A DNA stretch of 64,000 nt from positions 12,400,001 through 12,464,000 of the forward strand of contig NC_135761.1 in the NCBI RefSeq assembly GCF_052425735.1, in the 5' to 3' direction. Position 1 is the stretch's first letter, and the number at the start of each line of letters is the position of its first letter. This document shows, piece by piece, positions 10,701 through 22,230 of this stretch. The notes under the pieces are model-generated. The model worked only from the letters and a program-made list of their open reading frames with translations, did not search any database and was not told where the DNA came from. This DNA comes from Oculina patagonica. Lineage: Eukaryota. Position numbers and translations under genes: made by a program.

Positions 10701-12980
10701 TTAAAAAGATACATTAAAATGCTGATCTAAATAAAAATGTCTTAAGTTTACTTTTAAAAACACCGAGTGTCGCAATAAGACGCAGGTCGGCAGGCAAACT
10801 GTTCCATAAAGCGGGTGCTGATGAAATGAAGGACCTGCCGCCAAGTGTAGGGCGCATTGTCTCCCGTGGAACTTCTAATAATAGGCTACTATTTGAGCGT
10901 TGGATATAAGTTGGATATAGGGGAAACTTTATATTTGGAAGGCTTAAAACTGGAATGTTTTTTGTTAGCAGAATAGTGGCCCTATTACCAGCAGGGCTTA
11001 TAAGCAGGCATTATAACAGGCATTTAACAGTATGGCAAATTAAAAAGGTTTGATAAAGGAACAACTAAGCATGCAGTGAAAAAACAAGTGAAGCCGTGTG
11101 TCTTTTGTACTGAGGTACAAAATTCATACAACCATATCAGTTGCCATGGAAACTGAATTTTTGTTAGTTCTTTAATGATTTTGACTGTTTCTTTGCCTGT
11201 GCAAACAGAATTGATTGCATGCATAGCCATAGCTTTACTATATTGCAAAAAGGAAAAATATTTTAAAAAAGTAACATTGTACTGCTAATTAAAAATAGGT
11301 ACATTTGTACAATATGTTTATTAGGCTTCTCAAAGTAGCCAGTATTTAAATACGGAAAAAATAATTAATTTTAACACAGGATAGCTGGTCAGCTGGAGAG
11401 CTTTTCATGACACTAAATAAATAGCGAGATAAATAATTTACATTTAATCAATTGGAAATTGAACAATACATTTTATCTACTTCCTAATTATGGAATCAAC
11501 AGACTTTGAATAAAGGCTCTACAGAGATTTGAATCAAACGAGAATCTCAGAAAGTCGCACTTCTGTTCAGCTGTTTTTATAGTACCAAACAATTAAAAAT
11601 AGGTGAGAGCATGCAGCTAAAAATATATACAGACAGAGTAATGTATTCAAACTGAAACAGGAACTAAAATCACAATCTTCATATAAATATAAGGCGACCA
11701 CTTCTACTCTCGATACTTCACCAAACTGGACCAAATATAACTATAGAGAGTCTTATTGTAATATTGCACTTATAAATTTGCACACTACTAGAATGAAGAG
11801 TATGATTAACTGAAATTAAGTTTACGTGGAAACCAAATGATGAATAAATTAAAGTTAACATCACTTTAATTTATTTATGCCGGTGCGGCATGCTGATTTT
11901 AATATAAAGTTTGAGAAATATAGCAAGTTGACCACGCTTAACCTTTACCGTGTGGCTAAATTATACATCGATCTCTTTTAAAAGTAAACATCGTGGATTG
12001 GAAGATATCTAGATGTTGTCTGGTTTACAATAACCTCACCTTCAAAAGCGTTTTTCAAGACACCCTGTCCTAAATCATCAAAAACTTTACGCTGGGTCGC
12101 GTATTTGTCATTATCCGCCACAAGGTAGCCATTTTCATCCTCGTGAAAGCCATCGTGAGACCTGTAATTAAGTAAAATGGCTCTTATCTTCGTAACGATA
12201 AACAGTTAGGCCCTCAAATTGAATATAGGAGTTTGTTTAGGGTGTGTATACATCCATAAGCTTTTAATATAAAATGAACTACGCTATAAGCTGACTCCAA
12301 ATCGGCAAATCAAGGTACATGACATTTACAATCAAATTTTGGAGACTCACCAATAAGAGAAATCAAACGTGAACTGTACGACGGGCAGGATGAAAAGGAA
12401 AGGAAAAGAAATAAAATTTGGTTAGTTAGATGACTTGTTACGCAACGCAAGCTAAACGAGAAGAGCTGTCGCTGTAATCGCCGGTAGCGAGTTGATGACA
12501 GCGCAAACGAACAAAAACATTAAAGCGAAAGCCACTTTCTCACCTCCTTTGGCGGGTTTCCTGTGTGAAAGAGTAAAAAAAATAACAAGAAACAAATCAG
12601 TTGGTACAAGAACTAAAAGCATCTTTGGGAAACCTTTCGCAGAAAGTTTGCCGTAAAGCAGCAAAGTAAACATTCCAAAAGCGCGAAGACGAAAAGCTCC
12701 AATCCTACCTGGATTCTCCGGGTCCGTGATTTGGGTGAGAGCTCCTATCATGTCAAGAACAAGCTTCGCCCCACGGTCTTTCTCTCTGCAAGGAAAAGCA
12801 AGCGTTAACGTTTTGGAACACTATAAGAAAAATTGAGCTGTTGTGATTTACTTACCGCGAGTTGAAAGGCCGGACTCGGACGGCCACCTTCACCCTGCAA
12901 GATCATAAAATCGCGATTAGTTTTTTCGTCGCTGTCCAAAGAGTTAAATCCCAGACAAAGATAACTTACGACTCCGCCAT
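1733..12980 (-). CDS. KIF28: Kinesin-3 family KIF28-like motor protein, 5' part (motor domain and neck); gene continues beyond the left edge
   Basis: Exons, all GT-AG with consistent phases: 12970-12980, 12856-12894, 12709-12785, 12544-12560, 12351-12373, 12040-12161, 10037-10115, 9504-9567, 8862-8951, 5985-6081, 4432-4584, 2452-2716, 1733-1887. Translation: [18 protein letters not shown]...[13 protein letters not shown]...[32 protein letters not shown]...[14 protein letters not shown]...MNATSSRAH...LVDLAGSE...ANINKSL...[21 protein letters not shown]...[20 protein letters not shown]. It carries the P-loop and switch I/II motifs. The KIF28 subfamily call is from motif recognition only. Confidence 0.9.
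3021..3326 (+). mobile_element. tRNA-derived SINE (full length)
   Basis: tRNA-like head with A box (TGACCTAATGG) and B box (GGTTCAAGCC), core CTCTCCACCCAGGTGTATAAATGGGTAC shared with copies at 24955-25252 and 63839-64000, and a short TTACC-repeat tail. Confidence 0.75.
4959..5808. mobile_element. Non-autonomous Tc1/mariner (pogo/Tc2-like) MITE
   Basis: TIR CCGTATTTTCTCGGTTATAAGGCGCAC at 4959 with its exact reverse complement ending at 5808. TA flanks at 4957-58 and 5809-10. Internal repeats of CTCGGTTATAAGACGCACC. Confidence 0.85.
6960..7135. repeat. 26-bp minisatellite, about 6.8 copies
   Basis: Unit TTTGCTTGCGGTTAGCTTCA(C/T)CCCAG repeated in tandem inside the Ginger2-like element. Confidence 0.95.
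7565..8275 (-). pseudogene. Disrupted KRBA2/SCAND3-type (Ginger2) integrase/transposase remnant
   Basis: Fragments [43 protein letters not shown] (7688-7830) resemble the KPI...QIDLIDM...KWIL..xDH start of the rve core. A second fragment reads [15 protein letters not shown] (about 7570-7613). Stops and frameshifts occur throughout. Confidence 0.6.
9043..9136 (-). mobile_element. Penelope-like element fragment with a degenerate minimal hammerhead motif
   Basis: Minus strand reads TGACT-CTGAAGA-CGACTTCTGCTGTGGTTGTC-(aaatttc)AAAAC-GTC-AGTCA: stem I TGACT/AGTCA, a CUGANGA box, a disrupted GAAA box and a GUC site. Confidence 0.5.
10551..10900 (-). mobile_element. 5'-truncated L2/CR1-group LINE 3' end
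   Basis: Minus strand encodes [61 protein letters not shown] (stop 10714-16), typical of the L2 ORF2 C-terminus. A 3' UTR and an (ATT)n tail follow. Confidence 0.8.
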
Positions 12981-15560
12981 GGCAGGCTTATCGAAGAATC
13001 AAACGATTTCTTTCTCTTGAGACCCCAATTACGACGACTATCAAGTTAGGTACAAACTTATCGGCGCTTCCACTCAACTGCAAGCTCTCCCTCCAGGCAC
13101 AAGCGAAAGTCTGATTTAGCGACGAGGGAAGAGGGGGGACCTGAGCCTAGTGCGGGGGTGGGGAGGGTAGTGGCAACGCAAACCCTTGGTGGTTTGATTT
13201 TGGATTGCAGCACTGTGATTTACAATGTATTCACGTTAAAAAAAAAATGATTTTGCAAGGTTAAAATCGCCATGGCAGACGACTTCATTTATGAAAACGA
13301 CTTTTTATTTTATTTTTGCCTTTAAAAACACCTGCACTACAAAAGAGGGGAAAAAACAAATAAACTTGCAAGAATGTCATGACACGGTGAAGAGAAGTCC
13401 GCCTACAGGAGAGCAGAATTGCGACATAATTTTACCATTCATTATTTCGTCTACAGAGGGTCTTCTCAAGTTTGTTTCGGGTTTATTTTTTTAATAAACT
13501 ATTGTGTTTCCGTCTCGTTCAATATTCCTGTTGGCATTTCAGTGGTGTCATTAAGCAAACAATGTAACAGTCCAATCAAACAGTAAGTTGAATTTCATCC
13601 AGAAATTTGACAGACTATCAAACTAATTTCTTTTAGTGTTTGCTAATTTTGTGGACAGTAACAGCAGCTGCACTGAAATTGATAGGACTTACGAAGATGA
13701 TTTTTAACTAGAATTCTAAGAAAAAAATCGAAAAGCTTACAGCGATCCTCTTAATTTTATTTTTGGAATTGTTCCATTTTAAATATTTCTCGATGATTTC
13801 CGATGTTTAGAGGTAATTTGTGAATGGAAACTTGTGTCGCGATAAAAATTATGAAACGCTGCTTTGTTTATAAAGTGAGAGTTAAGTAAGAAAAAATACA
13901 AAAATATGACAGACACGAAGTGATTGCAAGACTCCTTATTATTTCAGTGACACACGGCTTAATATTGAAACATAGACGCGCAAGACAAGCGGATCAAAGC
14001 AAAAAAAAAAAATTTAATAATGTTGTAATGGCCTTTACGGCAAGCTCCAAGGTGAAATCACGGCATCTACGGCAAGATCCAAGTTGAGACAGCGATCATT
14101 CCCCCCCCCCCTGACCTCAAACGGGAACCATTCGATGCTGTATCCATGACAATAGCTGAGTATTGATCCATAACAGTTTAGAAGAACAATGGAGAGAGGC
14201 TATGGATTGAATACCTCTGTTGTTACATAAACTGGGCCGATGTAATTCCTTCGACACGGCGCTTTCGAGCTTTCGTATTCAACCACAACATTTTTAAGGA
14301 AGATGATTCCATTATTAACGCTACGCGGAAATCGGTCTGTTTTAAGCTGAAACACTATAAAATAAAATAAATGCAATTTTTATTTAACGTTCATATAACT
14401 TTTATAACGACTTGAGCTAATTGTGAACTCATGGAACTTACATACGTCACTGTATTGAAGTGTTTCTTTGCAGTTCACTGCGTCCGAATTACATTCAAAT
14501 TTAATTGCGTCAAGTAAGTACAATAGTTCAGTTCTAGTTAGCACAATAATTACTCAGTCCCACCGGTTTAAAAATCACTAATTTATGCACGGACAGATTA
14601 AAAAGGTGCGAAATGTCACTTAGTTTTGTTCAATTTCCATTAGACTCCAAAGAAACCATCACTTTTGAAGCACTGTTTTCACTTCATAATTCATTAGAAA
14701 CGGCCCCAGCTGTCTGGAACATTGTTGTTCTGAGGTGTAGTGAGAATAATGAAAGATCGAAAACCATAATATAAGTAGAAACAAAGCTCACAAAGAAACC
14801 CAACTAAAAATGATCAACATAGGAAAAATCAACCAACTTATATTCGTAACGTGAAGCAATTTTATGCAGGGCTAAGAGGGAATTAACGAATGTCTTCGGT
14901 GGTCCATGCTGCTAATTTACGACATTCATGAAAAAACAATTGTAATAGACAATGATGGTATTGTCACTGAATATTGAAAATGGCAAAAAAGCAACTAAGC
15001 AGTTTAATCCGTGAGGATTCATGATAAAATTGGAAACAGGTGAAAAAAAAAACATGGAGTGACTGTTTCAAAATGATATACTGTAGAAATCGTGCGTTTA
15101 ACCCAACGAAAATGCTGTATCTATACATGTGAACTGAATCCATAAGCATGAAAGTATACTAAAGGGCCTCTTCACATGAGCCCGGTTTACGGGCTGTCTC
15201 AGTTACCAGGACGGATTTTGACGTCTGTTCATATGGAAAATTTTAGCCCGGTTGACGGGGATAAAATTCAAGAAACGAAGGCAAAATGGCGACACATAAA
15301 GTTGCATCTTTCGCGACTATCGTAGCTTTATTGACCCATGTAACTTTATTAATAAAGCTAATTCGCATATTTCTGAAGTGGAAATAGATACAAGGCAAAA
15401 TTAAACCATTTGGACCACCCAATTACGAAAGGGAAGATATTTTCTCAAAAAAAGTTGCGTCCCGGCGACCGGGCTGGAGCGTTCATATGGGAAAATATTC
15501 TTCCCGGTTGTCGAGATCTCGGTTGCAGAAACCGAGATATCGGTAACCGGGCTGGCCCAC

Positions 15561-16930
15561 CAGGCGGTGTTGGACACGTTCACTACATTTTTCGACCAAT
15601 CTTGTCACTGTGGAAGATGGCGGAAATCGAGGAGAGAACTCATCCGCGCGACGAATAACACGGATATATGAGTGGAAGAATAATAGGCCAGTCACTGTCA
15701 ATGAATAAGGATCACATCGGAACAGCCATATGGTAGGTGTTTGCGCAAGCGTCGACCGATGAACATTTGCCACGAAAACAAGACATGCGTAATATTCAAG
15801 ACTAGTTCGATAGTTGAACTTAAGAAAAGTACGGTGGGCCCGGGCGGGCCCCGCCGTTCGGTCAATGATAATTGGCCTGATATGTCACTCAGTCTCTTTC
15901 GATTTGCGGGAGTGATGTGTGATATTCGATGTTCTAGAGGCTTAATTTGTACTCCCGTTGTGTGTATTTTTGTTCACTTGCCATTTTGTTATTGTAGTGT
16001 ATATCACTTTTTGCCGACGGCCGGACGATTGCCCAGCAAATAGTTAACTAAAATGCTCCCGTCCCGCAGTCGCGATAATTATCCTCGCTCAGTGAAGAGA
16101 AATACAATGATTCCCTTATCCCCCATACATCGACATACTCAACTAACCCTTTGAAAAAAAGCGCCAAAGATAAGTTCAATTTTAGCCCGTTTACTCGATC
16201 ACAAACGTCTAGAATATATTTCCAGTCGACGAACCCGATGTTTCGAACCAAAATATGAGTTGTTCCGCCGTAAAATGTCGCCTTTATGAATCCAGCAATA
16301 CGCCTCTATGATCATCTATAGGTTACTAGGCTCGCGAAAGTTTGAATGGATTTCCTACGATATTTTTTTCATCATCGGAATATCTTCACCGCGAGGAGAT
16401 GTTTACAGATCGGCGATCAGACGATAATTAAGGATGGGCCGATACTCGATACCAAATATTCGATACATCGATATTTTGACAATTTTGAAAAGTATCGATA
16501 CTTTCGAAAAATATCGCACTTTCGATACGCTTTCGATACTGCACACGTGACCTGAGCCTGCGATCTTCTGGTCAGCACCTTTTGTTGAGAAAATAGCAAT
16601 TCCCTTTCTCAAAGAAATATTGATGTTCTTGTTAATAATTGAATTTTTCTTGCCTTGACTTTATTTCCACACATTCTGATGCAACAGTGAAAAAAAAGAC
16701 CAAAATCAGCTTTCTTACTAAATTTATAATGCCAGGTCTGTCCTTTGTTGGCGCAACCTGACATCAGGACGGAAAGACGAATATCGATACGAGATCGATA
16801 TCGAGAAAAAAGGCAAATATCGTATCGATATCGTATCGTTTTGAAAAACCAGTATCGGCCCATCCTTAACGATAATAAGTGCAATTGAATTTCTTCCGGC
16901 ATGCTTTGCGAGTCGTGTCCACACCGCCTG
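15561..16930. mobile_element. Non-autonomous hAT-like element nested in the Harbinger MITE
   Basis: TIRs CAGGCGGTG(T)TGGACACG and CGTGTCCACACCGCCTG. 8-bp TSD TGGCCCAC (15553-60) / CGGCCCAC (16931-38). Confidence 0.75.
16432..16865. mobile_element. TTAA-specific (Kolobok-like) MITE nested in the hAT element
   Basis: TIR GGATGGGCCGATACT / AGTATCGGCCCATCC, TTAA on both flanks, dense subterminal ATCGAT/CGATA repeats. Confidence 0.8.
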
Positions 16931-17541
16931 CGGCCCACCTTAAGCTTCATATGAACACAAGTAGGAGGAGCCGAGACCGCGGCCAGCCGGCACGGAGAAG
17001 AGGCCCAGGGCCAACGCCACCCATGAAGATGCAACTTTATGTGTTTAGCCCGTCAACCGGACTAAAATTTTCCACATGAACAGAGGTCAAAATCTGTCCT
17101 GGTAACCGAGACAGCCCGTAAACCGGGCTCATGTGAAGAGGCCCTAAGACTACTAATATCCATTATAAATTAAGGTATAAGTTAACATAAAACATATGAT
17201 AATTTTAGATAAAGAGGTAAATAAACTACGACTGCCTGTGGAAAATCCGATCAGTATCACAGTGTAAAAGTCCTCATTTTCGTCATTCTTTCTTCTTAGT
17301 TTTAAAGGCGTGTTGTTCAATTCGCAGTGGTTGTTCCATTGAGTAGGCGTTAAATTCTGTTATATCATGAAAAATTTGTCAAAACCATTACTTAATAGTA
17401 AGGAAAGCCACTGACAATAGCTGAGTTTCTATATAAGATCGAGTAAAATTTAGTGAATCCCGCGAGCCCAGACTAAACTTCTCGAAGCGTCTGAGCTGGA
17501 GAGCCTGAGACTGACAACAAACTTGACACACATCTTATCAA

Positions 17542-17576
17542 TGACGTCAGTGATTGACGTGACGTCAGTGACGTCA
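17542..17576. promoter_or_regulatory. Cluster of CRE (CREB/ATF) motifs
   Basis: TGACGTCA at 17542, 17560 and 17569 plus TGACGT at 17555, all within 35 bp. Function is not demonstrated. Confidence 0.4.
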
Positions 17577-18909
17577 ATAAGGTCACTAACCACGGGCAAC
17601 CAGGATGCGACTCTGCTGTCACTTCTCGTCCAATCATCTGCGTGCAAAACAAAAACGAATCGCTTATTTTCGCTCCTGAAACTGAAGTTTCCCGCGGTTG
17701 CATTCCATTGCATGTATAATATAGCCAGGGTTGACACAATAGCAAAGTCGGAACAGCGAACATAATGTCGGCATGACGGTGCTATTTTGAGGCATAATAT
17801 AATAGCGCTATTTTGTCAAAAATGAAACATTGCGCGTGCTGCTGAGAATTAATCTTCTGAATTCTTTTGTTACACTGTAAATCACTAATAGACCTAATAG
17901 TATCTTTTGTTTGTATGAAGCCGGTGTGTCCAGTTTGCAAGACACTTGTTTCTGAAAAAAATTACCTTTATTTATCTAGAACATGGTTGTGTTTAGTAAA
18001 AGCTAAAAGCTTATGGGGCAGAGTGCTCCCGATTGAATTCGAATTAAAACAAAAGAAAAGAACTCGAAGGAAAACCCTCCGAGCAAAGGCGCGGACTGAA
18101 CAACGAACTCACCCCACATATGACACCGGGTCCAGGATTCGAACTATAAAGGCTGTCCTAAAAATGAAAGATGCTTGGCAACTTTTGGGCACTTTTCATA
18201 TTTCGAGCAACTTTTTGTATTCTGAGCAATTTCTAGACCGAACATTTCCGAAGATAATCCGAAGTTATTAGACTTGCATTGATGTATTATTCAATGAATT
18301 ATAGTTATTTGTTTACTCAGTAAATAAAACTTTAAAAAACAACAACAACGAATTCAGTTTGACGTCATAGGAATCAATCTAGGGTTAATCCTCGACAAAT
18401 TTGTGCTAGTTGATATTCGTCCACATTATGTGTAGCATTTTAATGTTTATACCATGCGCGCCATAGAAAATACAACCAATCAGAATACAGGAAAGCCGTT
18501 GTATATTCGACGGTATTCAACCCTGCCTTCCCATCGTGCGCTGCGATTGTATTCTCGACGAAATTTAGTAAGCGTACTTTCTATGGCATGGTATAAATAG
18601 TTACACAACACTTTCTCGTGGTAAACTATGGAATATCCCAAACAACGTGGACGAGCACAGAGGACCGGACCCCCACAGCCAGAGGAGCGAGCCACCCGGG
18701 CGCGAGGGGCGCCGCGCGCAGACACGTAGGAGAGGACGCCCCGGGGGGAGAGACGGGCGGAAGGGGAGCGCCGGAGAGGAGGGGAGGGGAGGGGCGAGAC
18801 GGGAGGGGGAGGAGGGGGGACGGGCGGGGGGGGGGGCCCCCGACACGGAAAGGGGGGGGCAGGACGGGCGGAGCCGGGGGGGGAGGAGGGCGGGGGGGGC
18901 GGAGGGGGA

Positions 18910-18941
<32 letters not shown>

Positions 18942-20782
18942 GGAGGAGAGGGGAGAGAGGGGGGCACAGAGGGGGGAGGGGGGGGGGGGGGGGTTTATCC
19001 CACTTGTCACTTGTGTTTTCTTGGTATACACACTCGCCTAAAGGCTCGTGCACCGAGAAAATCACTACGAGTGACTCGTGGGATATTTCATAGTATACCA
19101 CTCTAAAGCGTTGCATAACTAGTATATACGTAGTTCAAACAAACGGTTGGTCGTCTTTGGTATACTATCACAGCTACACTAAGCGATTCAAAAGGTCAGA
19201 AGCTCTGTAAAGATGGGATTCTCGTAAAAAATTAAAATAAAAAGAAACAAGAAGAAGTTTTCACAGCCGCTATACTGTTTTTTCATAAAATGACCCCATT
19301 TCTCAAAAGAAAAGAAATGGCCTTATAGATTTAGAAAGACGAATACCTCTTCAAAGAGCGTGAAGACAAACTCAAAGAGCAAAATTTTTTCAATTACATT
19401 TAAAATCATCAAGAGTTTATTTTCATTTCTGTCAGTGATTTTGTTACCACCTTGACTAAAAGGCCAGTGAACAAGGGCAATTTATTTCTCCGCTGTCTCA
19501 GACAAATGATACGTATGCTTAAATGGCAAATGATACGTATGGTGTCTGTCACGATGTTTTGCCATTTTTTCCAATTTACAAAGTAATTAGAAATTGAACG
19601 AAAACGCAAAATAATAGTTTTCTTCGGTAGAACACCAAAGAAGTAATAAATCGAAAATAAACAAGGATGGCTACAACTGAGTAAGATTGTGACGGATAAT
19701 AGATGGCAAACTTGAAAAAAATTGAATTTTTTCAAGATAAGCCGGCTTTATTATTCTCGACCCCAGAGCTGCTTGTCCCTCTTTATAGCTAGCTGTGCTC
19801 AAGAAACAAGTGGCTCTGGTAACACATGATTTGATTGGCTGGATTTTAACAAAAGGAACAACCAATCCCTTTGTTATACAAGAGTTTGAAACGGTTGATT
19901 TGAAACTCCCTTTGTTAAAATGTAGCCAATCAAATCAGGTGTCCCCCACACACGCTCTGCCGGCTAAGAGGGACAAACAGCTATGTGGACAAGAATGTCT
20001 TTAAATCTATTAGCTATACATCTTCTCCAAGATAAATATGACCCTACCTTGTTTCCAGGCCCCCTCTCAAGGGAGGGAAAGGAAAGAGGGTCTGGGAACA
20101 TGTAATCAGAGCCATTGTGACGTCACACAGAGATTGTGTTGGTTTTGCAATATTTATTGTTATTATATATTCTTATATGTACAAAATACTTCGTTAAAGG
20201 AGAAAAATGGATAGCAATCAGAAGAAAGATTGTTATGGCCAACATTGAACAACAGTTTCTGTTGTACGTTACAAAAATTGCTGAAGAAATAACAAACAGA
20301 TCGAAGGAAAAAGAAATGTTATAGAGCTAATGTACGATTATTAAAAGCATTTAGTCCCATTTACAATATACATGATGTAGAAAATATATCAAATAAAAGA
20401 AATTAACACTCTTGTCTGGCAGAATAAGCTAAGGCAATAGAAAACTGAATAGAAGTTTAAAATTAATGTTCTTCTTGGATGAAATGACATTGAACTATTT
20501 TTGAGAAAGATCCAGGTTTGAAACACACTTTTCTGATTTCTTACTTACAACATTGCCTTCTTTTGTTAGAGTACGCATGTTCTGCACATCATATTATAGG
20601 ATAGTAAAGTAGGAAACCTGGGTATTTAGAGCTTTCTTGATGTAGGATATCCAGTTTAGGTTATATTTTCACAGGTTTTCATTGCAAAAAGCATGATGCT
20701 AGACTACGACCAGTCCCTATTTTTTTCGCAGAGTCCGTCGAGCTTGAAGCGAAAAATTTTTTGTTAGAGTCCGTCGAGCTTG

Positions 20783-20833
20783 TAGTCAGCAAAGAGAAAC
20801 GATAGCTGGAAATACATCTGTGTTCGCAGGCTA
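20783..20833. mobile_element. 51-bp mini-transposon with 9-bp TSD (AcademH-like)
   Basis: TAG...CTA termini with imperfect TIRs, flanked by the direct repeat TCGAGCTTG (20774-82, 20834-42). Confidence 0.55.
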
Positions 20834-22230
20834 TCGAGCTTGAAGCGAAAAAAATGAATGCGCAGAAGGGAGGAGGTGGGGCGAGGCGAGAAGCAAAGCC
20901 TCCTCCCGATAGATTTGTTTGCATTAAATCACATTAAAACCCAGGTTTTCAGCAAAACTTTACCACGATGATGCACAAAATGTGTGCACACTAACAAAAT
21001 TTGGAGGCAACATCTATTAAATTATGTGATAGACATTTGCCAGCCATAAGAATGTGGTCTATGTCCACATCTTTTCAGAAAACATCAGTGTGTGCTTTGT
21101 TGATAAAACATGCTCCATCAATAGGTCACTTTTTTATTTTCCTTAGCCTTGATTCAAAAATGAAGTCTAGTGCAAAATCTTGCAGGTAAAATGAGTAACA
21201 TTAATCAAGCAAGTTCAATTTTTTCCATGATAGGTTTTGTACCAGGCATTAAATGGTCTTACTGACTTTTGTTGTAATGATAGCATTATGCCGCTAAGCT
21301 ATTTGTAAGCTAACAAACTATAAGTATTTTGTAGAAATGTTGTAGCAAGAAAACTTGTAGGAGCTCTCATATGAGAAAAAAATTCCAAGCAAAATTATTT
21401 ATAGCTTGACTTGTGCAGCGAGTTCAGTAGCTAATGCTTTGGACCAATCAGTAGATACAGGTGGTCTGTAGGCTGCGAAGCCAGTGTTTTGGAAAATAAC
21501 CAGCTTTACAAGAAACCCATACATGTAGCAAAGCCATAATATAATCATGAGGAATCACTTGAAAACTCAGGATCCAAACTAGCTAAAAATGGGCCTTCAA
21601 CTTTCAAAAACAATACCGAGGAACTTGCCAGGTCTGTACTCAAGACATTAATGTTTGCTTTAAGTAAAGGACATCCAAAGATACATGTATGCAAGGTTTC
21701 ATAGCTAGCCACTTTTTTGTCAGCAAAACAGATACAACTTGATGTACATACAATGTATGAAGGGAAATGAAAAGTCCTTATCAAGCTAAATGCATCTCAA
21801 AACCATTAGTTAAACCAAAAACTCTTGTTATTCAAATAATTGAAGCTCAAAAAATGTCCCCTCTAAGCACAATGTACATGTGATCCAATAGACTGGGCTC
21901 TTTAAAGACAATCGGTAATGCCCTCAATCAGGATTCCATCTTCTGCAACAGTGTTGAAAAGTACACTTCTCAGAGAATTTGCACATCCCAGATCTTGGAT
22001 TGCCACTAATCCTGATCACATTACTGCAATCATTTGTAATCTACACTCCCATCACAATTATTTTATCAATCATTTCCAACTGGATCTGTCAGTAGCTTCT
22101 GTATACCAGCCATAGGCTAAATGTATAAAACACAAATGCAAAAGGCATCCAAGCCACTTGACATAAACTGCAGCCAGAAGCAGATTGCAAACACTTGGCT
22201 TGACAAGCAGAACAACAGGAAATCTGTTAA

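Larger units (their letters stand above)
15164..17144. mobile_element. PIF/Harbinger-like MITE carrying nested insertions
   Basis: About 95-bp TIRs GGGCCTCTTCACATGAGCCCGGTTTACGGGCTGTCTC... and ...GAGACAGCCCGTAAACCGGGCTCATGTGAAGAGGCCC. TAA on the right flank; TAAA on the left. Confidence 0.8.

Noticed and set aside
18480-19116. Pro/Gly-rich ORFs of 113-183 aa in several frames
   Set aside because: They arise from the stop-poor G-rich block, have no splice context or domain, and interrupt a repeat.
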